64,000 nt of DNA from Alphaproteobacteria bacterium (GCA_965249135.1 OZ252220.1:1824001-1888000); one strand, 5' to 3'. Counted from the stretch's first letter, positions 19,276-29,797 are shown. Notes: a model not told the origin generated them from the letters alone. Numbers and translations are program-made.

Positions 19276-19907
19276 GGGGCTCGCTCCTGCAGGTATGCCG
19301 CGAAAACGAGCTCGAGGATTTCCCCGTCCGGAGGCATTTCCTCGTCATGGGTGGCTAGCACAAGCATGCCGCCATGGGCACGGTGTTGGATGATCGCCTC
19401 ACGAAGACGGTGGCTAGTCTCTCGATCGAGTGCTGCCTCCGGCTCATCGAGAAGCCAAAGGGGAGCCTTCGTCGCGAGAAGCCGTGAAAGCGCCAAACGC
19501 CGGCGCTGACCCGCCGACAGAAACCGCGCCGGCATGTCGGCGAGATGGCCGAGCCCGAAGTGGTCAAGCGCACTGTTCACCCGGTCCGCTGCGCCATGGA
19601 GCGTCGCCCAAAAGGCAAGGTTTTCCCGAACGCTCAAACTTGTCTTGATGGCGTCCGCATGGCCGACGAAGCAAAGCCTTTCGTGATGGGCCTCCGGGTT
19701 GTCGGCGATTGCAACCCCTTCCCAGCGGATGGCGCCACTTGCCGGTGCGCTCAACCCCGCCATCAGGCGGAGCAGGCTGGTCTTACCGCTGCCGTTGGGA
19801 CCGGTGAGCACGAGGGCGCCGCCATTTCGCACTTCGAAATCGAGTCCGTCGAAGACCCGACGTTCCCCGCGGATGCAGGTAAGGTCTTGGCCCGTAAACG
19901 TCGCCAT
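19272..19907 (-). CDS. ccmA: Heme ABC exporter ATPase CcmA
   Basis: GPNGSGKT Walker A, LSAGQRRR, LWLLDEP. First gene of the ccm operon. Confidence 0.95.
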   Translation of the reverse strand: MATFTGQDLTCIRGERRVFDGLDFEVRNGGALVLTGPNGSGKTSLLRLMAGLSAPASGAIRWEGVAIADNPEAHHERLCFVGHADAIKTSLSVRENLAFWATLHGAADRVNSALDHFGLGHLADMPARFLSAGQRRRLALSRLLATKAPLWLLDEPEAALDRETSHRLREAIIQHRAHGGMLVLATHDEEMPPDGEILELVFAAYLQERAP

Positions 19908-20121
19908 GCTGTCCTGTCTCTTTTATTCCAACGGCTTAAGGGTTGTCCATGGATGGGGGAGCCTAAGGGATTCGCGCCTTCCTAGCCCAAATGAAAACGA
20001 AGCTCAAGCCGACCCACTTTTGGAGCCACGCCGGATGGGTGTGCCCGCGTAGGAACCTCCCGTTAAAGACGGAGTATGTAATCCATGATAGTTTCTAGGC
20101 GCGTTTTTCTGGGAGGCGTAG

Positions 20122-22797
20122 ATGGCAGCGAGCGGATCGGATAGAGCACCGTCCAAGCGGTCCCTCAAGGTTGGCGATAAGGCTTACGACTACTTCAGTC
20201 TCGAGGCGGCAGCCGCGATTGGGGACATCCGCCGCTTGCCCTTTTCACTAAAAGTCTTGCTCGAAAATCTTCTCCGTCATGAAGATGGGAAGAGCGTGAT
20301 GGCAGATGACATCGAGGCTCTCGCGAAATGGACCGAGACGCGAACCTCCGACCGTGAGATTGCCTTCCGTCCGGCGCGGGTTCTCATGCAGGATTTCACC
20401 GGTGTCCCTGCCGTCGTCGATCTGGCGACGATGCGCGATGCGATGGTGGCGATGGGCGGGGATCCGAAAAAAATCAACCCACTGTCACCGGTCGATCTCG
20501 TCATTGACCATTCCGTCACCGTTGATAATTTTGGGGATGCCGGTGCATTTCAGGCGAACGTCGCAAAGGAGTTCGAACGCAACCGCGAACGTTATGCCTT
20601 TCTTCGCTGGGGTCAGGAGGCGTTCGACAATTTTCGCGTTGTCCCGCCGGGGACCGGTATCTGTCATCAGGTGAATCTCGAATACCTGTCGAAGGTCGTC
20701 TGGACCATGGAGGGTGCCGCTTCGCCGCTAGCCTATCCCGACACGCTGGTCGGTACGGACAGCCACACGGTCATGGTGAACGGCTTGGCCGTTCTGGGCT
20801 GGGGTGTCGGCGGCATCGAGGCGGAGGCGGTCATGTTGGGCCAGCCGATCTCGATGGTGATTCCGGAAGTGATCGGCTTCAAACTTACCGGCGAATTGGC
20901 GGAAGGGGTTACCGCCACGGATTTGGTGCTTACGATCACACAGATGCTGCGCGAGAAAGGGGTCGTCGGCAAATTCGTCGAATTCTTCGGGACCGGCCTT
21001 GACCATCTGTCGCTCGCCGATCGCGCCACCATCGGCAACATGGCGCCGGAATATGGTGCGACCTGCGGTTTCTTCCCCGTCGATGACGAAACACTTCGCT
21101 ACCTTCGCCTGACCGGACGGGAAACGGCTCAGATCGAACTCGTCGAGGCCTATGCAAAGGCGCAGGGGCTCTGGCGCGACGGCGGCACCCCGGATCCGGT
21201 CTTTACCGACACGCTCGCGCTTGAACTTGGCGAGGTGGAGCCAAGCCTGGCTGGGCCGAAACGTCCACAGGACCGCTTGTTGCTTTCGGAGATGGCGGCG
21301 TCCTTCGGCAAGACCCTCGAAGAGGCAGGCGTGAAGGCACAACGCCGGGTCGAGGTGGAAGGGATGGACCATGCGCTTAGCGACGGCGACGTCGTCATCG
21401 CCGCCATCACCAGCTGCACGAACACCTCGAACCCCGCCGTCATGATCGGCGCCGGGCTTCTGGCGAAGAAGGCGCTGGAAAAGGGCCTCGTCCGCAAGCC
21501 CTGGGTGAAAACCTCGCTCGCACCCGGCTCGCAGGTCGTCACCGAGTATCTGGAAGCCGCCGGCCTGCAAGACGCGCTCGACCGGCTCGGCTTCAACCTC
21601 GTCGGCTATGGCTGCACGACCTGTATCGGGAATTCCGGGCCGCTGGACCCGCGGATCGCCGCGGCGATCGAGAAAGAAGACCTGATTGCAACGAGCGTCC
21701 TTTCGGGAAACCGCAACTTTGAAGGCCGCATCAATCCGCAGGTGAAGGCGAATTATCTCGCCTCGCCGCCGCTGGTTGTGGCCTATGCGCTAGCCGGTTC
21801 CGTCACCATGGATCTTAAACGCGACCCGATCGGCGAAGGGAAGGACGGGCCGGTATTCTTGCGCGACATTTGGCCGTCGAACCACGAGATCCATGCCATC
21901 ATCGAGAAGGTGTTGAGCCCGGAGATGTTCAGGAAGCGCTATGGGAACGTCTTCGAGGGCCCGGAGGAATGGCGTGCGATCGCGGCGCCCGCCGGGGAAA
22001 CCTATCGCTGGGACGACACCAGCACCTATGTGAAGCATCCCCCCTATTTTGTTGGCCTTGCGAAGCGGCCCGGCGCCATTACCGATATCCACGGCGCCAG
22101 GCCTCTTGTCGTCCTTGGCGACAGCGTGACGACGGACCACATTTCGCCGGCCGGTGCCATCAAGAAGGCATCCCCGGCCGGCGAATATTTGCTTGAGCGG
22201 GACGTGACGCAGGGCGACTTCAATTCCTACGGCGCGCGGCGCGGCAATCATGAGGTGATGATGCGTGGCACCTTTGCGAACATTCGCCTCAGGAACGAAA
22301 TGGCGCCGGGAACGGAAGGTGGCGTGACCCGGCATATGCCGGACGGCAAAGAGATGTCGATCTATGAGGCGGCCATGGCCTATCAGCGGGAAGGCGTGCC
22401 GCTGGTGGTGGTGGCCGGCAAGGAGTATGGCACCGGCTCGTCCCGCGACTGGGCGGCGAAGGGGACGCGCCTTCTCGGCGTGCTTGCCGTCCTCGTGGAA
22501 AGCTTTGAGCGCATACACCGTTCGAACCTCGTCGGCATGGGGGTGCTGCCGCTTTGCTTCCCGAGCGGCGTTACCCGGAAATCGCTGCAGCTGGATGGAA
22601 GCGAGACCTTCGATCTTCTCGGTATCGGCAAAGGGGTAAAGCCCCGCATGGAAATCGAATGCCGGATCACACGGGCGGATGGAAAAAGCGAAACCGTGTC
22701 CCTGCTTTGCCGTATCGACACGGCGGACGAGGTGCAATACTTCCTGAACGGCGGCATCCTGCACTATGTGCTTCGCCGTTTGGAAGAAGCGGCTTAG
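20122..22797 (+). CDS. acnA: Aconitate hydratase AcnA
   Basis: [31 protein letters not shown] and [12 protein letters not shown] (Fe-S Cys), [18 protein letters not shown]. Confidence 0.97.
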   Translation: MAASGSDRAPSKRSLKVGDKAYDYFSLEAAAAIGDIRRLPFSLKVLLENLLRHEDGKSVMADDIEALAKWTETRTSDREIAFRPARVLMQDFTGVPAVVDLATMRDAMVAMGGDPKKINPLSPVDLVIDHSVTVDNFGDAGAFQANVAKEFERNRERYAFLRWGQEAFDNFRVVPPGTGICHQVNLEYLSKVVWTMEGAASPLAYPDTLVGTDSHTVMVNGLAVLGWGVGGIEAEAVMLGQPISMVIPEVIGFKLTGELAEGVTATDLVLTITQMLREKGVVGKFVEFFGTGLDHLSLADRATIGNMAPEYGATCGFFPVDDETLRYLRLTGRETAQIELVEAYAKAQGLWRDGGTPDPVFTDTLALELGEVEPSLAGPKRPQDRLLLSEMAASFGKTLEEAGVKAQRRVEVEGMDHALSDGDVVIAAITSCTNTSNPAVMIGAGLLAKKALEKGLVRKPWVKTSLAPGSQVVTEYLEAAGLQDALDRLGFNLVGYGCTTCIGNSGPLDPRIAAAIEKEDLIATSVLSGNRNFEGRINPQVKANYLASPPLVVAYALAGSVTMDLKRDPIGEGKDGPVFLRDIWPSNHEIHAIIEKVLSPEMFRKRYGNVFEGPEEWRAIAAPAGETYRWDDTSTYVKHPPYFVGLAKRPGAITDIHGARPLVVLGDSVTTDHISPAGAIKKASPAGEYLLERDVTQGDFNSYGARRGNHEVMMRGTFANIRLRNEMAPGTEGGVTRHMPDGKEMSIYEAAMAYQREGVPLVVVAGKEYGTGSSRDWAAKGTRLLGVLAVLVESFERIHRSNLVGMGVLPLCFPSGVTRKSLQLDGSETFDLLGIGKGVKPRMEIECRITRADGKSETVSLLCRIDTADEVQYFLNGGILHYVLRRLEEAA

Positions 22798-22824
22798 GAC
22801 AACGTTTCGAAAACCGGATGGAAG

Positions 22825-23616
22825 CTAACGGGCGCGCTTTAAACTCGCCTTCGTGAAGCCCGCGTCCGTGAGCCCTGTCTGGAACTGATAATTCCCCCAG
22901 AGAAGCGTCGTGCTTTTGCCCGTCTGGTGGTTCACCATCAACATTTCATGGGACCGCCAGTACTTGTCCAGGTAGCGGCGGTATTTCTTGAAAGTCAGCG
23001 TCTTCAGAAGCGACTGCTTGCGATCGTAATAATCCACTTTCCATATGCGGTATTCGGTCTTGTCGAGCCATACGACCTGGCGCGTGTAACCGGAATATTT
23101 GTAGGTGGGGATGCGCTCGATGACGAAGCAACCCTGCCCCTCGATCTCTTCGTCGAGGAGGTACCGGTAGGTGTATTTCTCGACTTCTTGGTCGGAAAGG
23201 TCCTCAAAGGCGAACTCGCTTCCCATGAAGGGGCCGGATTTATTCGTGGAGGCGATTCGTTTCACGCGCTTCACCGCCGGCAGGTAGAGCCATTGATCGT
23301 CCGGTTCGAACTTGTGGCTGAAGGTCAACAGACCGGTGTTCTTCACGTCGGCGGGACGCTTGAAGGTCATCAGGCTCTTGTCGCTGTCTTCCAGGAGTTC
23401 CAAGGAGCGCACCTCCATGAAACGCTCGCTTTCCTCGCCATGGCGGTTGCGCAAGACCATCACCAGTTCGGCCGTGCTGTCCTGGTAGCCGAGCCCGCGG
23501 CGATCCGCCTCCTTGGCGATGGCAAGGCCTTTCTCTTCCGGCGTTTCCGCCCGGGCGGTCGTTGCAAACGCCAGCGCCACTGCTAAAACCAAGGCGATCC
23601 TTCGCATCTGCCTCAT
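22825..23616 (-). CDS. Outer-membrane lipoprotein-sorting (LolA-like) periplasmic protein
   Basis: Signal peptide (ARA cleavage), DDQWLYLPA.KRVKRI, FMGSEFAFED, YYDR...LLKTL. ATGA coupling to the MMPL gene. Confidence 0.85.
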   Translation of the reverse strand: MRQMRRIALVLAVALAFATTARAETPEEKGLAIAKEADRRGLGYQDSTAELVMVLRNRHGEESERFMEVRSLELLEDSDKSLMTFKRPADVKNTGLLTFSHKFEPDDQWLYLPAVKRVKRIASTNKSGPFMGSEFAFEDLSDQEVEKYTYRYLLDEEIEGQGCFVIERIPTYKYSGYTRQVVWLDKTEYRIWKVDYYDRKQSLLKTLTFKKYRRYLDKYWRSHEMLMVNHQTGKSTTLLWGNYQFQTGLTDAGFTKASLKRAR

Positions 23617-25913
23617 GCCTTTTTCTCCACGAGCCGCATCAAGAGCGGCGGCAGGAACAGAAAATCAGCGATCAGGGCAAGGCCGATCGTGATCGCCGAA
23701 AGCAACCCGAAGGTCACGTTTACCTGGAAGGTCGACAGCGTGAGAACAAGAAATCCGAGGATAAGGATAATGGAAGTCGTCACCATCGCCTTGCCGACCG
23801 TCGAGAAGGCATAGTGGACGGCGTCTTCGGCATTCAGCTTCATTTCCCGCATGGCACGCAGGTATTTGCTTAGGAAATGGACCGAGTCATCGACGACGAT
23901 CCCAAGACAAATCGCCGCGACGATGGCGGAAGAAACGTTGATCTGGCCGACGATCGCGCCCCAAAAGCCGAAGGCGAGAAGCATCGGCACCAGGTTCGGG
24001 ATCATGCTCAACGTTCCGATCTTGACGCTTCGAAGTGCGATCACAAGCGTCAGCCCAATCAACAGGACCGCGATGGACGTCCCGAACAGCATGCTTCGGA
24101 TGTTTCGCTCCGAGATGTGGGCAAACATGATCGAGCCTCCGCTTCCCTCGGCCCACATATGTCTAGGTGTGTTTTCCCTAAGCCAGGCCTCTGATCTGGC
24201 GGCAAGACCTTTTAGATCCTCCGTGTTCATGTTTTCCGTCGTGACGACAAAGCGCGCGGCGGAGCGATCGATGTTGATCTGGTTATTTAAATCGAGCCCG
24301 AAGGGAAGCGATAGCTCGTAAAGCAACAAATATTGTGCTGCCAACTCACGGCTTGATGGAAGGCGGTACCAGTCGGAATCGTCGCCATGCATGTTCCTGT
24401 TAAGCCGCTTAAAGGTGTCCGTGATGGTATTGATGTGGATGACGCCAGGCTGTTCACGGTACCATTCGGCGAAGCGCTCGACGTTCTGCAAGTAGTCCGG
24501 TTCCGAGATGCCGCCGCTTTCGGCTGCCTTGATCGAATAGTCGATGATCGAAATGCCCGTCAGGTTGTTCATCACGAAATCCGTGTCCCGCCGGAAGGTC
24601 ATGTCCTCGTCGAAATAGCCGACCCATTCGTCGTTGAATTCGATTCGCGGGATCATGGCGCTGACGAGCACGATCAGGGCCGTCATTCCATAGAGCAGCG
24701 GTTGCCGCCGCTGGATGACGAAGCCCGCGAGTTTGTCCAGCAATTCCTTGAACCTGTCCGCCTTCGTGGGTGCGCGAACCGGAAGCGAAGCGACAAGCGC
24801 CGGCAGGAACAGGATGGAATAGAAGAAGGCCGCCACGACCCCCATCGCCGTGATGTTGCCCAGGTCCTGGAAGGGAGGCGCGTCGCTGAAATTCATGCTC
24901 AGGAAACCGATGACGGTCGTGAGGCTGGTAAGGAAAACCGGCTGCATGTTGATGCGCATGCTTTCGATCAGCGCGTCGTTGCGCGCCATGCCTCGGCGCA
25001 TCGCGTTGAACATCGAGATCAGGATGTGCACGCTGTCGGCGATCGCCAGCGTCATGATCACGGTGGGGGCTCCCACCGATGACGGAGTCAGCATGATTCC
25101 GATCCAACCTGCGATTCCCATCGCGGTGACCGCGGAAAGGAGAATGATGCCGATCGTTCCGATCACGCCGGCGAACGAGCGCAGCATAACGACCATCATG
25201 ACCAGCAAGATGCCGTACATGAGAGGCGTGAGATTCTCCATGTCCGCGATGCTGGCCTCCGCGAAGGCGGCGTTCAGCATGACGAGCCCGGTGATGTAGA
25301 TATCGACGTTCGGATGGGCCTTGCGGACCTTGTCAGCAAGTTCTCGTGTGAAGGCGACCGTTTCTTCTTCCGCCTTTGGGTCTCGTCGCTTCAAATAAAC
25401 GGTCACATTGATGCCGGTGACGTGCCCCTCCGTCGAGACGAGCCGGCGAACGAGCAGCGGCTCGGCAAGGGCGATCTTGCGGATTTCCTCGAGTGCGGCC
25501 GGCGTCAGATCCTTCGATTCCGGCACCAGGTCGGCGACGATCAGGTCGTCCCCTTCGGCCCGCGTGTGCTGATAGTTCGTCAGCGAATCGACGCGCGTCG
25601 AATAAGGAGTCTTCCACGCTTCTTCCGTCAGCTCCCGAACCGCCGCCAACGCTTCCGCTGTGAAAACGTTGCCGTCCTTCGGCGCGACCACGAAAAGAAC
25701 ATTGTCGTTGCGGCTATAGATATCCTGTAAGGCCTCGAAGGCCTGTAACTGCGGATTGTCCTCGCCGAAATAGACGCGATAGTCTTTTTCGAATTGCAGG
25801 CGTCCCATGCCCATCCCGACAAGCCCCGCCACGAGAAGGCAAGCAAGCAGGATGAGAAACCGATAGCGGATTACCCCGCGGGTGTAGCGAACAACTGGCG
25901 TGTCCATCGTCAC
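23613..25913 (-). CDS. MMPL/RND-family membrane transporter
   Basis: Two repeats of TM + periplasmic loop + 5 TM. AIADSVH and GIVVDDSVHF proton-relay motifs, LTSLTT.IGF. Confidence 0.9.
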   Translation of the reverse strand: MTMDTPVVRYTRGVIRYRFLILLACLLVAGLVGMGMGRLQFEKDYRVYFGEDNPQLQAFEALQDIYSRNDNVLFVVAPKDGNVFTAEALAAVRELTEEAWKTPYSTRVDSLTNYQHTRAEGDDLIVADLVPESKDLTPAALEEIRKIALAEPLLVRRLVSTEGHVTGINVTVYLKRRDPKAEEETVAFTRELADKVRKAHPNVDIYITGLVMLNAAFAEASIADMENLTPLMYGILLVMMVVMLRSFAGVIGTIGIILLSAVTAMGIAGWIGIMLTPSSVGAPTVIMTLAIADSVHILISMFNAMRRGMARNDALIESMRINMQPVFLTSLTTVIGFLSMNFSDAPPFQDLGNITAMGVVAAFFYSILFLPALVASLPVRAPTKADRFKELLDKLAGFVIQRRQPLLYGMTALIVLVSAMIPRIEFNDEWVGYFDEDMTFRRDTDFVMNNLTGISIIDYSIKAAESGGISEPDYLQNVERFAEWYREQPGVIHINTITDTFKRLNRNMHGDDSDWYRLPSSRELAAQYLLLYELSLPFGLDLNNQINIDRSAARFVVTTENMNTEDLKGLAARSEAWLRENTPRHMWAEGSGGSIMFAHISERNIRSMLFGTSIAVLLIGLTLVIALRSVKIGTLSMIPNLVPMLLAFGFWGAIVGQINVSSAIVAAICLGIVVDDSVHFLSKYLRAMREMKLNAEDAVHYAFSTVGKAMVTTSIILILGFLVLTLSTFQVNVTFGLLSAITIGLALIADFLFLPPLLMRLVEKKA

Positions 25914-25962
25914 CGATCAGCCCTTCGATGGATTACGCTTCGACGGTAGGGAAAACTGAGGA

Positions 25963-27414
25963 TCAAGCAGCGGACCCGCCGGTTTGAAACAGCCGTCGCC
26001 GGCGGGATGGGACATGAATTTTCTGAGGTAGATGAATCCGAAAGACGGTCCCTTTCTCGGAGGTTTTGACGAGCGAAAGTTCCCCTCCATGGGCCTCCAG
26101 GAGATCACGGGAGATCGCAAGCCCAAGCCCGGTGCCGCCAGAGCGTGCCGAACCGGCAAAGGGTTGGAAAAGCTGGTTTCGTATCTTCATCGGGATGCCG
26201 GGGCCGTCGTCTGCAACGTCGATGGCAACGTTTTTCTTGGTAATGGTTGCCGCAATCGTCAACCAATGGGCGCCGGCTTCCACCGCGTTGCGGGCAAGAT
26301 TCGTGAGCACCCGGTAAAACTGGTCGCGATCAACCTCGAGGATGAAATCGGCTGGAACACGATTATCGATGGCGAAAACACGCGCTTCCTTCTCGGCGAA
26401 GATGAGACCGCCGCCAACCTCGTCGACGAGATGGCGAAGGGACACCTGCGAGATTTGCAGCGTCGGTGGTCCTTCATTCGCGAAAACGAGCGTTTGCGTG
26501 CAAAGCTTTACGGCGCGGTCGATCGCATCCAAAAGCCGCGGAGCAACCCGTTTCACCTCGGGATCGTTACTGAGGGAAAGGCGGTCGGAAACAAGAGAAG
26601 CCGTGGATAGGATATTGCGAAGGTCGTGATGAATTTTTGCGACCCCTTCACCAAGAGCGGCAAGGCGCGTCTTCTGGGTCAATGCCGCGCGCAACTCTTC
26701 CTGCATGCGGGAGAGTTCCCGTTGGGCGATGCCGATCTCGTCTTTTCGGTTGCCCAGAAGAATACGGCGCGTTGCATCTTCCGGCGATTCCCGAAAGGCT
26801 ACCATGCTGGCAGTGATCCGTCGCATCGGCTGAACGAGAAGCCGATGAAGCGCAATGTAGACGAGGCTGGCAGTAATCAAAGAAATGAAGATGGAAAGGG
26901 CAAGGACACGCCTGGCGAATTCGTACATCGCCTCGCTCAGGGGTTGTTCATCCATGACGATACGCACGGTGGACTCCGGTGCCGTCGTCGGCATCCCGGT
27001 TACCTGCATGACGCGATTGATCTTCTGCGACATCGTATTAACCGCGTCCCGAATATGGGTGAAGAAGTTCCCTTCTCTGAGATCGAAGCTTATTTCGATC
27101 GGCGTCGGCATGGTGCGCCGAAGCATGTAGGTTGCCGACTCTTCACGGAAGGTGGCCGCGTCGTCGACGCGGGCGTTGTCGAGAAGTTTTTCTTCCAGTG
27201 CGGGACTGACCTCGAGCGTCGGCGTCGCCTCTAGGGCGAGCGTTGCAACGTGGGCCGCGTTGATATGTTCCTGAAGGGTGGAGATGCGGAAACGGGCGAT
27301 GGAGGGGAAGAAGATCAGGAACTCGCTTACCATCACGAAGATGATCGTGAGCACGAGCAGTCGGGCCGAAAGACTGGTCGCGAATCCAGGTAGATGGAGG
27401 CTTCGCCAAGTCAT
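25963..27414 (-). CDS. Membrane sensor histidine kinase (2 TM, HAMP, HisKA, HATPase)
   Basis: HAMP (P..RI...DEIG), H-box IHHDLRNIL, N-box NLARNA, DDGPGIP, FQPF, GTGLGLAI. Confidence 0.9.
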   Translation of the reverse strand: MTWRSLHLPGFATSLSARLLVLTIIFVMVSEFLIFFPSIARFRISTLQEHINAAHVATLALEATPTLEVSPALEEKLLDNARVDDAATFREESATYMLRRTMPTPIEISFDLREGNFFTHIRDAVNTMSQKINRVMQVTGMPTTAPESTVRIVMDEQPLSEAMYEFARRVLALSIFISLITASLVYIALHRLLVQPMRRITASMVAFRESPEDATRRILLGNRKDEIGIAQRELSRMQEELRAALTQKTRLAALGEGVAKIHHDLRNILSTASLVSDRLSLSNDPEVKRVAPRLLDAIDRAVKLCTQTLVFANEGPPTLQISQVSLRHLVDEVGGGLIFAEKEARVFAIDNRVPADFILEVDRDQFYRVLTNLARNAVEAGAHWLTIAATITKKNVAIDVADDGPGIPMKIRNQLFQPFAGSARSGGTGLGLAISRDLLEAHGGELSLVKTSEKGTVFRIHLPQKIHVPSRRRRLFQTGGSAA

Positions 27415-27421
27415 GGGCTCT

Positions 27422-27451
27422 ATTCTACTCCGGCCGGCCTCTCCGTGACAT
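27422..27451 (-). promoter_or_regulatory. Putative sigma70 promoter giving a leaderless kinase mRNA
   Basis: Minus strand ATGTCA-N18-TAGAAT, then 7 nt to the ATG at 27414, with no SD. Confidence 0.35.
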
Positions 27452-27487
27452 GGGGGGTAAGCGTTTGCTCGTCAAGGCAAGGATTCT

Positions 27488-28915
27488 CTAGCCAAAACGG
27501 GCCAGGAACTTGACCAGTTTCTGGGTGCGCTCTCCGAAGAGGGCCGGCGTATAGTAGCTGCTGGCGGCACGCTTGCTCACCTCGCCCAGGGTAGGATAGG
27601 GGGCGATCACATTGGCCATCGCCCCGATTTTAAGCCCGTTCGAAATCGCCAGCACCCAAGGCTGGATCAACTCGCCTGCTCTTGGGCCCAGGATATCGGC
27701 GCCTAAGATACGCCCCTTCTTATCCGTCACGACCTTCACAAGTCCTTCCGTGATCCGCTCGGCCAGGGCACGGTCGTTTTCTGCAAAGGGCCAGCGCAAA
27801 ACCCGAATCGTACAACCGGCGTTCTTTGCCTCGCGCTCGCTGAGGCCTACATGGGCAAGTTCGGGCGCCGTATAGGTAACCCAGGGTACGTTCGCCGTGT
27901 CGGCCTTTGCCGGTAACCGGAAGAGAAGGTTTCGAATGGCAATACCGGCGTGGTAGCTCGCCACGTGGGTGAATTGCGGGCCGCCCGCGATGTCGCCGAT
28001 CGCATAGACCCGTCGGTTCGTCGTCGATTGCAATCGCCCGTTTACCGTGATTCCCTTCGGTGTGAAGGCAACCCCGCCTGCCTCGAGCCCAAGTCCATCG
28101 ACATTTGCCTTCCGTCCGGCGGCGATCAGAAGGTGGGAGCCTTCGATCCGTTCTTCGCCGGCATCGCCCTTCAACACGGCGACGACCTTGCCGCCGTTTT
28201 TCTCGAGACGGGCGATGCGGATACCTTCGCGAATCGCGAGGCCGTCCTGGCGCAAACGGTTGCGAAGGATCTCGACAAGTTCGGGGTCGTCCCGCGGCAG
28301 AATGCTTGCGATTTCCAGCACGGTGACGCGGGCACCCAGCAGGCGATGGGCGTGGGCCAGCTCGATCCCAATCGGGCCCCCGCCGATCACAAGGAGGTGT
28401 TCGGGCAATTCGGTGTTGTCAAAGATCGTTTCGTTCGTGAAGTAGGGGACCGCCTCGACGCCCGGGATCGGTGGCACGGCGGCGGAGGATCCGGCGGCAA
28501 TGACGAAACGCCGCGCACGAATACGCGTGCCTCCCGCCTCGACTTCCCGCCGATTGACGAAGCAGGCCGTCTCCTGGATGACCTTCACCCCGAGACCTTC
28601 GTAACGCGCGACCGAATCATTGGGTGCGATGGCCGCGATCACCTGCTTGACGTGCCGTTGCACGGCCGGAAAATCGACCCTTGGCGCATCCGCTTGGATA
28701 CCGAAGACGTGGGCATTGCGGATCTCTTCCGCGGCGTGGGCGGCAGCGAGCAAGGATTTTGAAGGCACGCAGCCGGTGTTCAAACAATCGCCGCCCATTT
28801 CGCCACGTTCGATAAGCACGGTTTCCGCGCCCATCTGCGAGGCGCCGGCGGCGACGGAGAGCCCGCCGGAGCCTGCACCGATGATGCAAAGATCAGGAGT
28901 GAGGAAGTTCGCCAT
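27488..28915 (-). CDS. Class I pyridine nucleotide-disulfide oxidoreductase (LpdA/MerA-like, neither)
   Basis: GAGSGG FAD motif, GGDCLNTGCVPSK redox disulfide, GGGPIG. C-terminal YPTLGE, no Cys-Cys tail. Confidence 0.85.
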   Translation of the reverse strand: MANFLTPDLCIIGAGSGGLSVAAGASQMGAETVLIERGEMGGDCLNTGCVPSKSLLAAAHAAEEIRNAHVFGIQADAPRVDFPAVQRHVKQVIAAIAPNDSVARYEGLGVKVIQETACFVNRREVEAGGTRIRARRFVIAAGSSAAVPPIPGVEAVPYFTNETIFDNTELPEHLLVIGGGPIGIELAHAHRLLGARVTVLEIASILPRDDPELVEILRNRLRQDGLAIREGIRIARLEKNGGKVVAVLKGDAGEERIEGSHLLIAAGRKANVDGLGLEAGGVAFTPKGITVNGRLQSTTNRRVYAIGDIAGGPQFTHVASYHAGIAIRNLLFRLPAKADTANVPWVTYTAPELAHVGLSEREAKNAGCTIRVLRWPFAENDRALAERITEGLVKVVTDKKGRILGADILGPRAGELIQPWVLAISNGLKIGAMANVIAPYPTLGEVSKRAASSYYTPALFGERTQKLVKFLARFG

Positions 28916-28943
28916 AGGAATTTACCGTTTTCGAAGGAGGGTG

Positions 28944-29678
28944 TTAGCGGCCTTTCATCTTCTTGTAGGCGATCGGCAGAAGCGCCAGAAGAGCAAGGCC
29001 GACGATCGGGATCAGGATCGCCGGCTCGAAGATGATACAAAGGTCCGGCGTCTCCCCGCGATCGAAGATTGCCCCTAGGCCATTTCCGATGCTCGTATAG
29101 ACAAACGTTCCCGGGACGATGCCGATGAAGGTAGCAATCACGTATGTGCGTAGTGTGACCCCAAGAAGGGCCGGCGCAAGGTTAACGAGCCAGAACGGAA
29201 AGATCGGAACAAGGCGTAGAACGAGAAGGTAGTTGAAGGCGTTTTCCTGAAATCCGGCTTCCATCTTTTGGATGATTTTTCCCGCCTTCTTGCGCAACAC
29301 GTCGCCGACGGCGAGTCGTGCAGCGAGGAAGAGGCCGGTTGCCCCAAACGTGGCGCCAACCACCGTCGACAGCGTGCCAGTCGTCAATCCGAACAGGAAC
29401 CCGCCGGTGATTGTGAGCACGGCCCCACCCGGAATCGAAAAGGCGACCACCACCGCATAGCCGACGATGAAGATCAGGATCGCCAAAGCCAAATTGTGCC
29501 CGACGAAGTCGAGGAGCTCGATCCGATTTGCCTTCAGAGTCTCGAAGGTGACGTATTCATGAAGGCCAAGGGCAAAGAAGGCGATGAGCCCCGCCGCGAG
29601 GACCGCGATCGGGAGGTAGCGCCATGGAAGGCCTTGTCTAGCCTCTCCATCCCTATCGGGATCGGTTTGGTCGGTCAT
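28944..29678 (-). CDS. TVP38/TMEM64 (DedA/SNARE-associated) membrane protein
   Basis: SIPGGAVLTITGGFLFG, LRLVPIFPFWLVN, GIVPGTFVY. Confidence 0.9.
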   Translation of the reverse strand: MTDQTDPDRDGEARQGLPWRYLPIAVLAAGLIAFFALGLHEYVTFETLKANRIELLDFVGHNLALAILIFIVGYAVVVAFSIPGGAVLTITGGFLFGLTTGTLSTVVGATFGATGLFLAARLAVGDVLRKKAGKIIQKMEAGFQENAFNYLLVLRLVPIFPFWLVNLAPALLGVTLRTYVIATFIGIVPGTFVYTSIGNGLGAIFDRGETPDLCIIFEPAILIPIVGLALLALLPIAYKKMKGR

Positions 29679-29797
29679 TTGGCCCCTCCGTCACAGGCGT
29701 CCAATCGGGTGTAGCGGGCTCTAAGAGTTGTGGCAAGTCAAGACGTTATCAAAAGGACGTGAGGAGGCGTCCCAGGCGTGGAACGATCCTGGTGACA

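Noticed and set aside
20752-20784. AcnA GTDSHTVM instead of the common GTDSHTTM
   Set aside because: The catalytic DSH and all three Fe-S cysteines are intact, and this position is variable.
27488-28915. merA or lpdA call
   Set aside because: No C-terminal Cys-Cys or mer genes, no HPTxxE His, and no 2-oxoacid dehydrogenase context.
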